Source: the human T2T-CHM13v2.0 reference genome, Homo sapiens. From it: 64,000 bases of DNA. The notes beneath the pieces are model-generated. The model saw only the letters and a program-made list of their open reading frames with translations. It was not told where the DNA came from and ran no database searches. The DNA lies in assembly GCF_009914755.1 (NCBI RefSeq), contig NC_060933.1. One strand, 5' to 3'. Numbering within the stretch: position 1 is the stretch's first letter; each line of letters opens with the position of its first letter. Of this stretch, positions 48,301 to 62,100 are shown in pieces. The translations under genes and the position numbers were made by a program.

Positions 48301-50150
48301 GGAATGGAATGGAATGGAACGGAATAGAGTGGAATGGATCGAAATGGAATGGAATGGAATCAACCCGATTGGAATGGAATGGAATGGAATGGAAGGGAAA
48401 GGAATAGAATGGAATCAACCCGAGTGGAATGGAATGGAATGGAATGGACTCAACTCGAGTGGAATGGAATGGTATGGAATGGATTGGAATGGAATGCAAT
48501 GGAATGGAATGGAATCATTCCGAGTGGAATGGAAGGGAATGTAATCGAGTGGAATGGAAAGGAATGGAATCAACCCGAGTGGAATGGAAGGGAATGGAAT
48601 GGAAGGGAAAGGAATAGAATGGAATCAACCCGAGTGGAATGGAATGGAAAGGAATGGAGTGGAATGGAATGGAATGGAATATAATCAACCCGAAAGGAAT
48701 GGAGTGGAATGGAATCAACCCGAGTGGAATGGCATGGAATGGAATGGAAAGGAAAGGAATGGAATGGTACGGAATAGAATGGAATAGAACGAAATGGAAT
48801 GGAATGGATTCAACACAATTGGAATGGAATGGAAAGGAATGGAATCATTCCGAGTGGAATAGAAGGGAATGTATTCGAGTGGAATGGAAAGGAATGATAT
48901 CAAGCCGAATGGAATGGAATGGAATGGAATGGAATGGAATGGAATGGAATGGAATCAACACGAGTGCAACAGAATGGAATAGAATGGAATGGAATGGAAT
49001 GGAATGGAATGGAATGGAATGGAATGGAATCAACCCGAATAGAATGGAATGGAATGGAGTCAACACGAGTGGAATGGCATTGAATGGAAAGGAATGGAAT
49101 GGAATGGAATGGTACGGAGTAGAATGGAATGGAACGAAATGGAACGGAACAGATTCAACCTAAGTGGAATGGAATGGAATGGAATGGAATGGAATTGTGT
49201 GGAACGGATTGGAATAGAATGGAGTGTAAAGGAATTGAATAGAATCAACTCGAATGGAATGGAATGCCACGGAATGCAATGAAGTGGAATGCAATGGAAT
49301 GGAATGGAAAGGTACGGAATAGAATGGAATGGAAAGAAATGGAATGGAATGGATTCAACCCAATTGGAATGGAATGGAATGGAATGGAATGGAATTGTGT
49401 GGAATGGAATGGAATCGAATGCAGTGTAAAGAACTGAATAGAATCAACCCGAATGGAATGGAATGGAATGGAAGGAATGGAATGCAATGGAATGGAATGG
49501 AATGGACTCAACTCGAGTGGAATGGAATGGTATGGAATGGATTGGAATGGAATGCAATGGAATGGAGTGGAATCATTCCGAGTGGAATGGAAGGGAATGT
49601 AATCGAGTGGAATGGAAAGGAATGGAATCAACCCGAGTGGAATGGAAGGGAATGAAATGGAAGGGAAAGGAATAGAATGGAATCAACCAGAGTGGAATGG
49701 AATGGAATGGAACGGAATGGAATGAAATGCAATCAACCCGAGTAGAGTGGAGTGGTATGGAATCGAATGGAAATGAATGTACAGCAATGAAATGCAGCTA
49801 AATGGAACGGATTGGAAAGTAATGAAATGGAATGCAACCTAGTGGAATGGAATGGAATGCAATGGAATGGTATGAAATGGAATGGAATGGAATGAAATGG
49901 AATGGAATGCAAAGTAATCAACCCTAGTACAATGGAATGGAATGGAAAGGAATGGAATGGAATGGAATGGAATGGAATCAACCCCAGTGGAATCGATTAG
50001 AATGGAATGGAATGGAATGGAATGGAATCAACCCGAGTGGAGTGCAGTGGAATGGAATCAAATGGGATGTAGTGGAAAGCAATGAAATGGAATTGAATTG
50101 AATGGATTGGAATGTAATGGAATGGAATCAAACCTAGTGCAATGGACTGG
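36311..50150 (+). repeat. ~8.06-8.09 kb offset duplication within HSat3 (about 36311-42100 vs 44400-50150)
   Basis: Rare words are paired: ACGTGTAGAG 36421/44511, TGGCCTGGAA 37271/45341, GGGATTGCGA 37921/45981, GGAATTATTAAGAG 39451/47511, AATCGATTAG 41921/49991. Confidence 0.92.
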
Positions 50151-53100
50151 AATTGAATGGAATGGAATGGAATAGAATGGAATGGAATGGAATGGAATGG
50201 AATGGAATGGAATGGAATCAACCCGAGTGGAATGGAATGGAAAGGAATGGAATGGAATGGAATGGAATGGAATGGAATGGAATGGAATGGAATGGAATCA
50301 ACCTGATTGGAATGGAAGGGAATGGAATGCAATGGAATGTAATAGAATAGAATGGATCGAAATGGAATGGAATGGAATCAACCCGATTGGAATGGAATGG
50401 AATGGAATGAAATGGAACGGAATAGAGTGGAATGGATCGAAATGGAATGGAATGGAATCAACCCAATTGGAATGGAATGGAATGGAAGGGAAGGGAAAGG
50501 AATAGAATGGAATCAACCCGAGTGGAATGGAATGGAATGAAATGGAATGGACTCAACTCGAGTGGAATGGAATGGTATGGAATGGATTGGAATGGAATGC
50601 AATGGAATGGAATGGAATCATTCCGAGTGGAATGGAAGGGAATGTAATCGAGTGGAATGGAAAGGAATGGAATCAACCCGAGTGGAATGGAAGGGAATGG
50701 AATGGAAGGGAAAGGAATAGAATGGAATCAACCCGAGTGGAATGGAATGGAATGGAATGGAGTGGAATGGAATGGAATGGAATATAATCAACCCGAAAGG
50801 AATGGAGTGGAATGGAATCAACCCGAGTGGAATGGCATGGAATGGAATGGAAAGGAAAGGAATGGAATGGTACGGAATAGAATGGAATGGAACGAAATGG
50901 ATTGGAATGGATTCAACACAATTGGAATGGAATGCAAAGGAATGGAATCATTCCGAGTGGAATAGAAGGGAATGTATTCGAGTGGAATGGAAAGGAATGA
51001 TATCAAGCCGAATGGAATGGAATGGAATGGAATGGAATGGAATCAACCCGAATAGAATGGAATGGAATGGAGTCAACACGAGTGGAATGGCATTGAATGG
51101 AAAGGAATGGAATGGAATGGAATGGTACGGAGTAGAATGGAATGGAACGAAATGGAACGGAATAGATTCAACCTAATTGGAATGGAATGGAATGGAATGG
51201 AATGGAATGGAATTGTGTGGAACGGATTGGAATGGAATGGAGTGTAAAGGAATTGAATAGAATCAACTCGAATGGAATGGAATGCCACGGAATGCAATGA
51301 AGTGGAATGCAATGGAATGGAATGGAAAGGTACGGAATAGAATGGAATGGAAAGAAATGGAATGGAATGGATTCAACCCAATTGGAATGGAATGGAAGGG
51401 AATGGAATGGAATTGTGTGGAATGGAATGGAATCGAATGCAGTGTAAAGAACTGAATAGAATCAACCCGAATGGAATGGAATGGAATGGAAGGAATGGAA
51501 TGCAATGGAATGGAATGGAATGGACTCAACTCGAGTGGAATGGAATGGTATGGAATGGATTTGAATGGAATGCAATGGAATGGAGTGGAATCATTCCGAG
51601 TGGAATGGAAGGGTATGTAATCGAGTGGAATGGAAAGGAATGGAATCAACCCGAGTGGAATGGAAGGGAATGGAATGGAAGGGAAAGGAATAGAATGGAA
51701 TCAACCCGAGTGGAATGGAATGGAATGGAACGGAATGGAATGAAATGCAATCAACCCGAGTAGAGTGGAGTGGTATGGAATCGAATGGAATTGAATGTAC
51801 AGCAATGAAATGCAGCTAAATGGAACGGATTGGAAAGTAATGGAATGGAATGCAACCTAGTGGAATGGAATGGAATGCAGTGGAATGGAATGGTATGCAA
51901 TGGAATGGTATGAAATGGAATGGAATGGAATGAAATGGAATGGAATGCAAAGTAATCAACCCTAGTACAATGGAATGGAATGGAAAGGAATGGAATGGAA
52001 TGGAATGGAATGGAATGGAATCAACCCCAGTGGAATGGATTAGAATGGAATGGAATGGAATGGAATGGAATGGAATCAACCCGAGTGGAGTGCAGTGGAA
52101 TGGAATCAAATTGGATGTAGTGGAAAGCAATGAAATGGAATTGAATGGAATGGATTGGAATGTAATGGAATGGAATCAAACCTAGTGCAATGGACTGGAA
52201 TTGAATGGAATGGAATGCAATGGAACGGAATGGAATGGAATGGAATGGAATCAACCCGAGTGGAATGGAATAGAAAGGAATGGAATGGAATGGAATGGAA
52301 TGGAATGGAATGGAATGGAATCAACCTGATTGGAATGGAAGGGAATGGAATGCAATGGAATGTAACAGAATAGAATGGATCGAAATGGAATGGAATGGAA
52401 TCAACCCGATTGGAATGGAATGGAATGGAATGAAATGGAACGGAATAGAGTGGAATGGATCGAAATGGAATGGAATGGAATCAACCCGATTGGAATGGAA
52501 TGGAATGGAATGGAAGGGAAAGGAATAGAATGGAATCAACCCGAGTGGAATGGAATGGACTCAACTGGAGTGGAATGGAATGGTATGGAATGGATTGGAA
52601 TGGAATGCAATGGAATGGAATGGAATCATTCCGAGTGGAATGGAAGGGAATGTAATCGAGTGGAAAGGAAAGGAATGGAATCAACCCGAGTGGAATGGAA
52701 GGGAATGGAATGGAAGGGAAAGGAATAGAATGGAATCAACCCGAGTGGAATGGAATGGAATGGAATGGAGTGGAATGGAATGGAATGGAATATAATCAAC
52801 CCGAAAGGAATGGAGTGGAATGGAATCAACCCGAGTGGAATGGCATGGAATGGAATGGAAAGGAAAGGAATGGAATGGTACGGAATAGAATGGAATGGAA
52901 CGAAATGGAATGGAATGGATTCAACACAATTGGAATGGAATGCAAAGGAATGGAATCATTCCGAGTGGAATAGAAGGGAATGTATTCGAGTGGAATGGAA
53001 AGGAATGATATCAAGCCGAATGGAATGGAATGGAATGGAATGCAATGGAATGGAATGGAATCAACTCGAGTGCAACAGAATGGAATGGAATGGAATGGAA

Positions 53101-56100
53101 TGGAATGGAATGGAATGGAATGGAATGGAATGGAATGGTATGGAATGGAATGGAATCAACCCGAATAGAATGGAATGGAATGGATTCAACACGAGTGGAA
53201 TGGCATTGAATGGAAAGGAATGGAATGGAATGGAATGGTACGGAGTAGAATGGAATGGAACGAAATGGAACGGAATAGATTCAACCTAATTGGAATGGAA
53301 TGGAATGGAATGGAATGGAATTGTGTGGAACGGATTGGAATGGAATGGAGTGTAAAGGAATTGAATAGAATCAACTCGAATGGAATGGAATGCAACGGAA
53401 TGCAATGAAGTGGAATGCAATGGAATGGAATGGAAAGGTACGGAATAGAATGGAATGGAAAGAAATGGAATGGAATGGATTCAACCCAATTGGAATGGAA
53501 TGGAATGGAATGGAATGGAATTGTGTGGAATGGAATGGAATCGAATGCAGTGTAAAGAACTGAATAGAATCAACCCGAATGGAATGGAATGGAATGGAAG
53601 GAATGGAATGCAATGGAATGGAATGGAATGGACTGAACTCGAGTGGAATGGAATGGTATGGAATGGATTGGAATAGAATGCAATGGAATGGAATGGAATC
53701 ATTCCGAGTGGAATGGAAGGGAATGTAATCGAGTGGAATGGAAAGGAATGGAATCAACCCGAGTGGAATGGAAGGGAATGGAATGGAAGGGAAAGGAATA
53801 GAATGGAATCAACCCGAGTGGAATGGAATGGAATGGAACGGAATGGAATGAAATGCAATCAACCCGAGTAGAGTGGAGTGGTATGGAATCGAATGGAATT
53901 GAATGTACAGCAATGAAATGGAGCTAAATGGAACGGATTGGAAAGTAATGGAATGGAATGCAACCTAGTGGAATGGAATGGAATGCAATGGAATGGTATG
54001 AAATGGAATGGAATGGAATGAAATGGAATGGAATGCAAAGTAATCAACCCTAGTACAATGGAATGGAATGGAAAGGAATGGAATGGAATGGAATGGAATG
54101 GAATGGAATGGAATGGAATCAACCCGAGTGGAATGCAGTGGAATGGAATCAAATGGGATGTAGTGGAAAGCAATGAAATGGAATTGAATGGAATGGATTG
54201 GAATGTAATGGAATGGAATCAAACCTAGTGCAATGGACTGGAATTGAATGGAATGGAATGGAATGGAATGGAATGGAATGGAATGGAATCGAATGGAATC
54301 AACCTGATTGGAATGGAAAGGAATGGAATGCAATGGAATGTAATAGAATACAATGGATCGAAATGGAATGGAATGGAATCAACCCGATTGGAATGGAATG
54401 GAATGGAATGAAATGGAACGGAATAGAGTGGAATGGATCGAAATGGAATGGAATGGAATCAACCCGATTGGAATGGAATGGAATGGAATGGAAGGGAAAG
54501 GAATAGAATGGAATCAACCCGAGTGGAATGGAATGGAATGGAATGGAATGGACTCAACTCGAGTGGAAAGGAATGGTATGGAATGGATTGGAATGGAATG
54601 CAATGGAATGGAATGGAATCATTCCGAGTGGAATGGAAGGGAATGTAATGGAGTGGAATGGAAAGGAATGGAATCCACCCGAGTGGAATGGAAGGGAATG
54701 GAATGGAAGGGAAAGGAATAGAATGGAATCAACCCGAGTGGAATGGAATGGAATGGAATGGAGTGGAATGGAATGGAATGGAATATAATCAACCCGAAAG
54801 GAATGGAGTGGAATGGAATCAACCCGAGTGGAATGGCATGGAATGGAATGGAAAGGAAAGTAATGGAAAGGTACGGAATAGAATGGAATGGAACGAAATG
54901 GAATGGAATGGATTCAACACAATTGGAATGGAATGCAAAGGAATGGAATCATTCCGAGTGGAATAGAAGGGAATGTATTCGAGTGGAATGGAAAGGAATG
55001 ATATCAAGCCGAATGGAATGAAATGGAATGGAATGGAATGGAATGGAATGGAATCAACTCGAGTGCAACAGAATGGAATAGAATGGAATGGAATGGAATG
55101 GAATGGAATGGAACGGAATGGAATGGAATGGAATGGAATCAACCCGAATAGAATGGAATGGAATGGAGTCAACACGAGTGGAATGGCATTGAATGGAAAG
55201 GAATGGAATGCAATGGAATGGTACGGAGTAGAATGGAATGGAACGAAATGGAAAGGAATAGATTCAACCTAATTGGAATGGAATGGAATGGAATTGTGTG
55301 GAAAGGATTGGAATGGAATGGAGTGTAAAGGAATTGAATAGAATCAACTCGAATGGAATGGAATGCAACGGAATGCAATGAAGTGGAATGCAATGGAATG
55401 GAATGGAAAGGTACGGAATAGAATGGAATGGAAAAAAATAGAATGGAATGGATTCAACCCAATTGGAATGGAATGGAATGGAATGGAATGGAATTGTGTG
55501 GAATGGAATGGAATCGAATGCAGTGTAAAGAACTGAATAGAATCAACCCGAATGGAATGGAATGGAATGGAAGGAATGGAATGCAATGGAATGGAATGGA
55601 ATGGACTCAACTCGAGTGGAATGGAATGGTATGGAATGGATTGGACTGGAATGCAATGGAATGGAGTGGAATCATTCCGAGTGGAATGGAAGGGAATGTA
55701 ATCGAGTGGAATGGAAAGGAATGGAATCAACCCGAGTGGAATGGAATGGAATGGAACGGAATGGAATGTAATGCAATCAACCCGAGTAGAGTGGAGTGGT
55801 ATGGAATCGAATGGAATTGAATGTACAGCAATGAAATGCAGCTAAATGGAACGGATTGAAAAGTAATGGAATGGAATACAACCTAGTGGAATGGAAAGGA
55901 ATGCAATGGAATGGTATGAAATGGAATGGAATGGAATGAAATGGAATGGAATGCAAAGTAATCAACCCTAGTACAATGGAATGGAATGGAAAGGAATGGA
56001 ATGGAATGGAATGGAATGTAATGGAATGGAATGGAATGGAATCAACCCATGTGGAATGGATTATAATGGAATGGAATGGAATGGAATGGAATGGAATCAA

Positions 56101-59100
56101 CCCGAGTGGAGTGCAGTGGAATGGAATCAAATGGAATGAAGTGGAAAGCAATGAAATGGAATTGAATGGAATGGATTGGAATGTAATGGAATGGAATCAA
56201 ACCTAGTGCAATGGACTGGAATTGAATGGAATGGAATGGAATAGAATGGAATGGAATGGAATGGAATGGAAAGGAATCAACCCGAGTGGAATGGAATGGA
56301 AAGGAATGGAATGGAATGGAATGGAATGGAATGGAATGGAATGGAATGGAATCAACCTGATTGGAATGGAAAGGAATGGAATGCAATGGAATGTAATAGA
56401 ATAGAATGGATCGAAATGGAATGGAATGGAATAAACCCGATTGGAATGGAATGGAATGGAATGAAATGGAACGGAATAGAGTGGAATGGATCGAAATGGA
56501 ATGGAATGGAATCAACCCGATTGGAATGGAATGGAATGGAAGGGAAAGGAATAGAATGGAATCAACCCGAGTGGAATGCAATGGAATGGAAAGGACTCAA
56601 CTCGAGTGGAATGGAATGGTATGGAATGGATTGGAATGTAATGCAATGGAATGGAATGGAATCATTCCGAGTGGAATGGAAGGGAATGTAATCGAGTGGA
56701 ATGGAAAGGAATGGAATCAACCCGAGTGGAATGGAAGGGAATGGAATGGAAGGGAAAGGAATAGAATGGAATCAACCCGAGTGGAATGGAATGGAATGGA
56801 ATGGAGTGGAATGGAATGGAATGGAATATAATCAACCCGAAAGGAATGGAGTGGAATGGAATCAACCCGAGTGGAATGGCATGGAATGGAATGGAAAGGA
56901 AAGGAATGGAATGGTACGGAATAGAATGGAATGGAACGAAATGGAATGGAATGGATTCAACACAATTGGAATGGAATGCAAAGGAATGGAATCATTCCGA
57001 GTGGAATAGAAGGGAATGTATTCGAGTGGAATGGAAAGGAATGATATCAACCCGAATGGAATGGAATGAAATGGAATGGAATGGAATGGAATGGAATGGA
57101 ATGGAATGGAATGGAATCAACTCGAGTGCAACAGAATGGAATAGAATGGAATGGAATGGAATGGAATGGAAGGGAATGGAATGGAATGGAATGGAATCAA
57201 CACGAATAGAATGGAATGGAATGGAGTCAACACGAGTGGAATGGCATTGAATGGAATGGAATGGAATGGAATGGAATGGTATGGAGTAGAATGGAATGGA
57301 ACGAAATGGAACGGAATAGATTCAAGCTAATTGGAATGGAATGGAATGGAATGGAATGGAATGGAATTGTGTGGAACGGATTGGAATGGAATGGAGTGTA
57401 AAGGAATTGAATAGAATCAACTCGAATGGAATGGAATGCAACGGAATGCAATGAAGTGGAATGCAGTGGAATGCAATGGAATGGAATGGAAAGGTACGGA
57501 ATAGAATGGAATGGAAAGAAATGGAATGGAATGGATTCAACCCAATTGGAATGGAATGGAATGGAATGGAATGGAATTGTGTGGAATGGAATGGAATCGA
57601 ATGCAGTGTAAAGAACTGAATAGAATCAACCCGAACGGAATGGAATGGAATGGAAGGAATGGAATGCAATGGAATGGAATGGAATGGACTCAACTCGAGT
57701 GGAATGGAATGGTATGGAATGGAATGGAATCATTCCGAGTGGAATGGAAGGGAATGTAATCGAGTGGAATGGAAAGGAATGGAATCAACCCGAGTGGAAT
57801 GGAAGGGAATGGAATGGAAGGGAAAGGAATAGAATGGAAACAACCCGAGTGGAATGGAATGGAATGGAATGGAGTGGAATGGAATGGAATGGAATATATT
57901 CAACCCGAAAGGAATGGAGTGGAATGGAATCAACCCGAGTGGAATGGCATGGAATGGAATGGAATGGAATGAAATGGAATGGAATGGAACGGTATGGTAA
58001 GGAATAGAATGGAATGGAACGAAATGGATTGGAAGGGTTTCAACCCAATTGGAATGGAATGGAATGGAATGGAATGGAATGGAATGGAATGGAATGGAAT
58101 GGAATGGAATGGATTTGAATGGAATGCAATGGAATGGAATGGAATGGAATGGAATCATTCCGAGTGGAATGGAACGGAATGTAATCCAGTGGAATGGAAA
58201 GGAATGGAATCAACGCGAATGCAATGGAATGTAATGGAATTGAATGGAATGGAATGGAACGGAATCTACCAGAATGGAATGGAATGGAATGGAATGGAAT
58301 GGAATGGAATGGAAAGTAACCGAGTGGAATGGAATGTAATGGAATCTTATGGCGTGGAATGGAATGAAACGGAAAAGAATAGAATGGAATCAAATCACGT
58401 GGAATTTAATGGAATGGAAGTAAATCAAACAGAGTGGAATGGAATGGAATGGAATGGAATCACCCCGAATGGAATGGAGTGGAATTGAATGGAATGGAAT
58501 GGAATGAAATGGAATGGAATGGAATGGAATGGAATCAACCCGAGTGCAATTGAAAGGAATCGAATGGAATGGAATGGAATGCAATGGATTCAACCCGAAT
58601 GGAGTGGAAAGGAATGGAATCAACCCGAGTGGAATGGCATGGAATGGAATGGAATGCAATGGAATGGAGTGGAATGGTACGGAATAGAATGGAATGGAAC
58701 GAAATGGAATGGAACGGAATGGAATGGAATGGAATGGAATGGAATCAACCCGAGTGGAATGGAATGGAAAGGAATGGAATGGAATGGAATGGAATGGAAT
58801 GGAATGGAATGGAATCAACCTGATTGGAATGGAAGGGAATGGAATGCAATGGAATGTAATAGAATAGAATGGATCGAAATGGAATGGAATGGAATAAACC
58901 AGATTGGAATGGAATGGAATGGAATGAAATGGAACGGAATAGAGTGGAATGGATCGAAATGGAATGGAATGGAATCAACCAGATTGGAATGGAATGGAAT
59001 GGAATGGAAGGGAAAGGAATAGAATGGAATCAACCCGAGTGGAATGCAATGGAATGGAATGGACTCAACTCGAGTGGAATGGAATGGTATGGAATGGATT

Positions 59101-62100
59101 GGAATGTAATGCAATGGAATGGAATGGAATCATTCCGAGTGGAATGGAAGGGAATGTAATCGAGTGGAATGGAAAGGAATTCAATCAACCCGAGTGGAAT
59201 GGAAGGGAATGGAATGGAAGGGAAAGGAATAGAATGGAATCAACCCGAGTGGAATGGAATGGAATGGAATGGAGTGGAATGGAATGGAATGGAATATAAT
59301 CAACCCGAAAGGAATGGAGTGGAATGGAATCAACCCGAGTGGAATGGCATGGAATGGAATGGAAAGGAAAGGAATGGAATGGTACGGAATAGAATGGAAT
59401 GGAACGAAATGGAATGGAATGGATTCAACACAATTGGAATGGAATGCAAAGGAATGGAATCATTCCGAGTGGAATAGAAGGGAATGTATTCGAGTGGAAT
59501 GGAAAGGAATGATATCAACCCGAATGGAATGGAATGGAATGGAATGGAATGGAATGGAATGGAATGGAATGGAATGGAATCAACTCGAGTGCAACAGAAT
59601 GGAATAGAATGGAATGGAATGGAAGGGAAGGGAATGGAATGGAATGGAATGGAATCAACACGAATAGAATGGAATGGAATGGAGTCAACACGAGTGGAAT
59701 GGCATTGAATGGAATGGAATGGAATGGTATGGAGTAGAATGGAATGGAACGAAATGGAACGGAATAGATTCAAGCTAATTGGAATGGAATGGAATGGAAT
59801 GGAATGGAATGGAATTGTGTGGAACGGATTGGAATGGAATGGAGTGTAAAGGAATTGAATAGAATCAACTCGAATGGAATGGAATGCAACGGAATGCAAT
59901 GAAGTGGAATGCAATGGAATGGAATGGAAAGGTACGGAATAGAATGGAATGGAAAGAAATGGAATGGAATGGATTCAACCCAATTGGAATGGAATGGAAT
60001 GGAATGGAATGGAATTGTGTGGAATGGAATGGAATCGAATGCAGTGTAAAGAACTGAATAGAATCAACCCGAACGGAATGGAATGGAATGGAAGGAATGG
60101 AATGCAATGGAATGGAATGGAATGGACTCAACTCGAGTGGAATGGAATGGTATGGAATGGAATGGAATCATTCCGAGTGGAATGGAAGGGAATGTAATCG
60201 AGTGGAATGGAAAGGAATGGAATCAACCCGAGTGGAATGGAAGGGAATGGAATGGAAGGGAAAGGAATAGAATGGAAACAACCCGAGTGGAATGGAATGG
60301 AATGGAATGGAGTGGAATGGAATGGAATGGAATATATTCAACCCGAAAGGAATGGAGTGGAATGGAATCAACCCGAGTGGAATGGCATGGAATGGAATGG
60401 AATGGAATGAAATGGAATGGAATGGAACGGTATGGTAAGGAATAGAATGGAATGGAACGAAATGGATTGGAAGGGTTTCAACCCAATTGGAATGGAATGG
60501 AATGGAATGGAATGGAATGGAATGGAATGGAATTGTGTGGAACGGATTGGAATAGAATGGAGTGTAAAGGAATTGAATAGAATCAACTCGAATGGAATGG
60601 AATGCCACGGAATGCAATGAGGTGGAATGCAATGGAATGGAATGGAAAGGTACGGAATAGAATGGAATGGAAAGAAATGGAATGGAATGGATTCAACCCA
60701 ATTGGAATGGAATGGAATGGAATGGAATGGAATTGTGTGGAATGGAATGGAATCGAATGCAGTGTAAAGAACTGAATAGAATCAACCCGAATGGAATGGA
60801 ATGGAATGGAAGGAATGGAATGCAATGGAATGGAATGGAATGGACTCAACTCGAGTGGAATGGAATGGTATGGAATGGATTGGAATGGAATGCAATGGAA
60901 TGGAGTGGAATCATTCCGAGTGGAATGGAAGGGAATGTAATCGAGTGGAATGGAAAGGAATGGAATCAACCCGAGTGGAATGGAAGGGAATGAAATGGAA
61001 GGGAAAGGAATAGAATGGAATCAACCAGAGTGGAATGGAATGGAATGGAACGGAATGGAATGAAATGCAATCAACCCGAGTAGAGTGGAGTGGTATGGAA
61101 TCGAATGGAAATGAATGTACAGCAATGAAATGCAGCTAAATGGAACGGATTGGAAAGTAATGAAATGGAATGCAACCTAGTGGAATGGAATGGAATGCAA
61201 TGGAATGGTATGAAATGGAATGGAATGGAATGAAATGGAATGGAATGCAAAGTAATCAACCCTAGTACAATGGAATGGAATGGAAAGGAATGGAATGGAA
61301 TGGAATGGAATGGAATCAACCCCAGTGGAATCGATTAGAATGGAATAGAATGGAATGGAATGGAATCAACCCGAGTGGAGTGCAGTGGAATGGAATCAAA
61401 TGGGATGTAGTGGAAAGCAATGAAATGGAATTGAATTGAATGGATTGGAATGTAATGGAATGGAATCAAACCTAGTGCAATGGACTGGAATTGAATGGAA
61501 TGGAATGGAATAGAATGGAATGGAATGGAATGGAATGGAATGGAATGGAATGGAATGGAATGGAATCAACCCGAGTGGAATGGAATGGAAAGGAATGGAA
61601 TGGAATGGAATGGAATGGAATGGAATGGAATGGAATCAACCTGATTGGAATGGAAGGGAATGGAATGCAATGGAATGTAATAGAATAGAATGGATCGAAA
61701 TGGAATGGAATGGAATCAACCCGATTGGAATGGAATGGAATGGAATGAAATGGAACGGAATAGAGTGGAATGGATCGAAATGGAATGGAATGGAATCAAC
61801 CCAATTGGAATGGAATGGAATGGAAGGGAAGGGAAAGGAATAGAATGGAATCAACCCGAGTGGAATGGAATGGAATGAAATGGAATGGACTCAACTCGAG
61901 TGGAATGGAATGGTATGGAATGGATTGGAATGGAATGCAATGGAATGGAATGGAATCATTCCGAGTGGAATGGAAGGGAATGTAATCGAGTGGAATGGAA
62001 AGGAATGGAATCAACCCGAGTGGAATGGAAGGGAATGGAATGGAAGGGAAAGGAATAGAATGGAATCAACCCGAGTGGAATGGAATGGAATGGAATGGAG

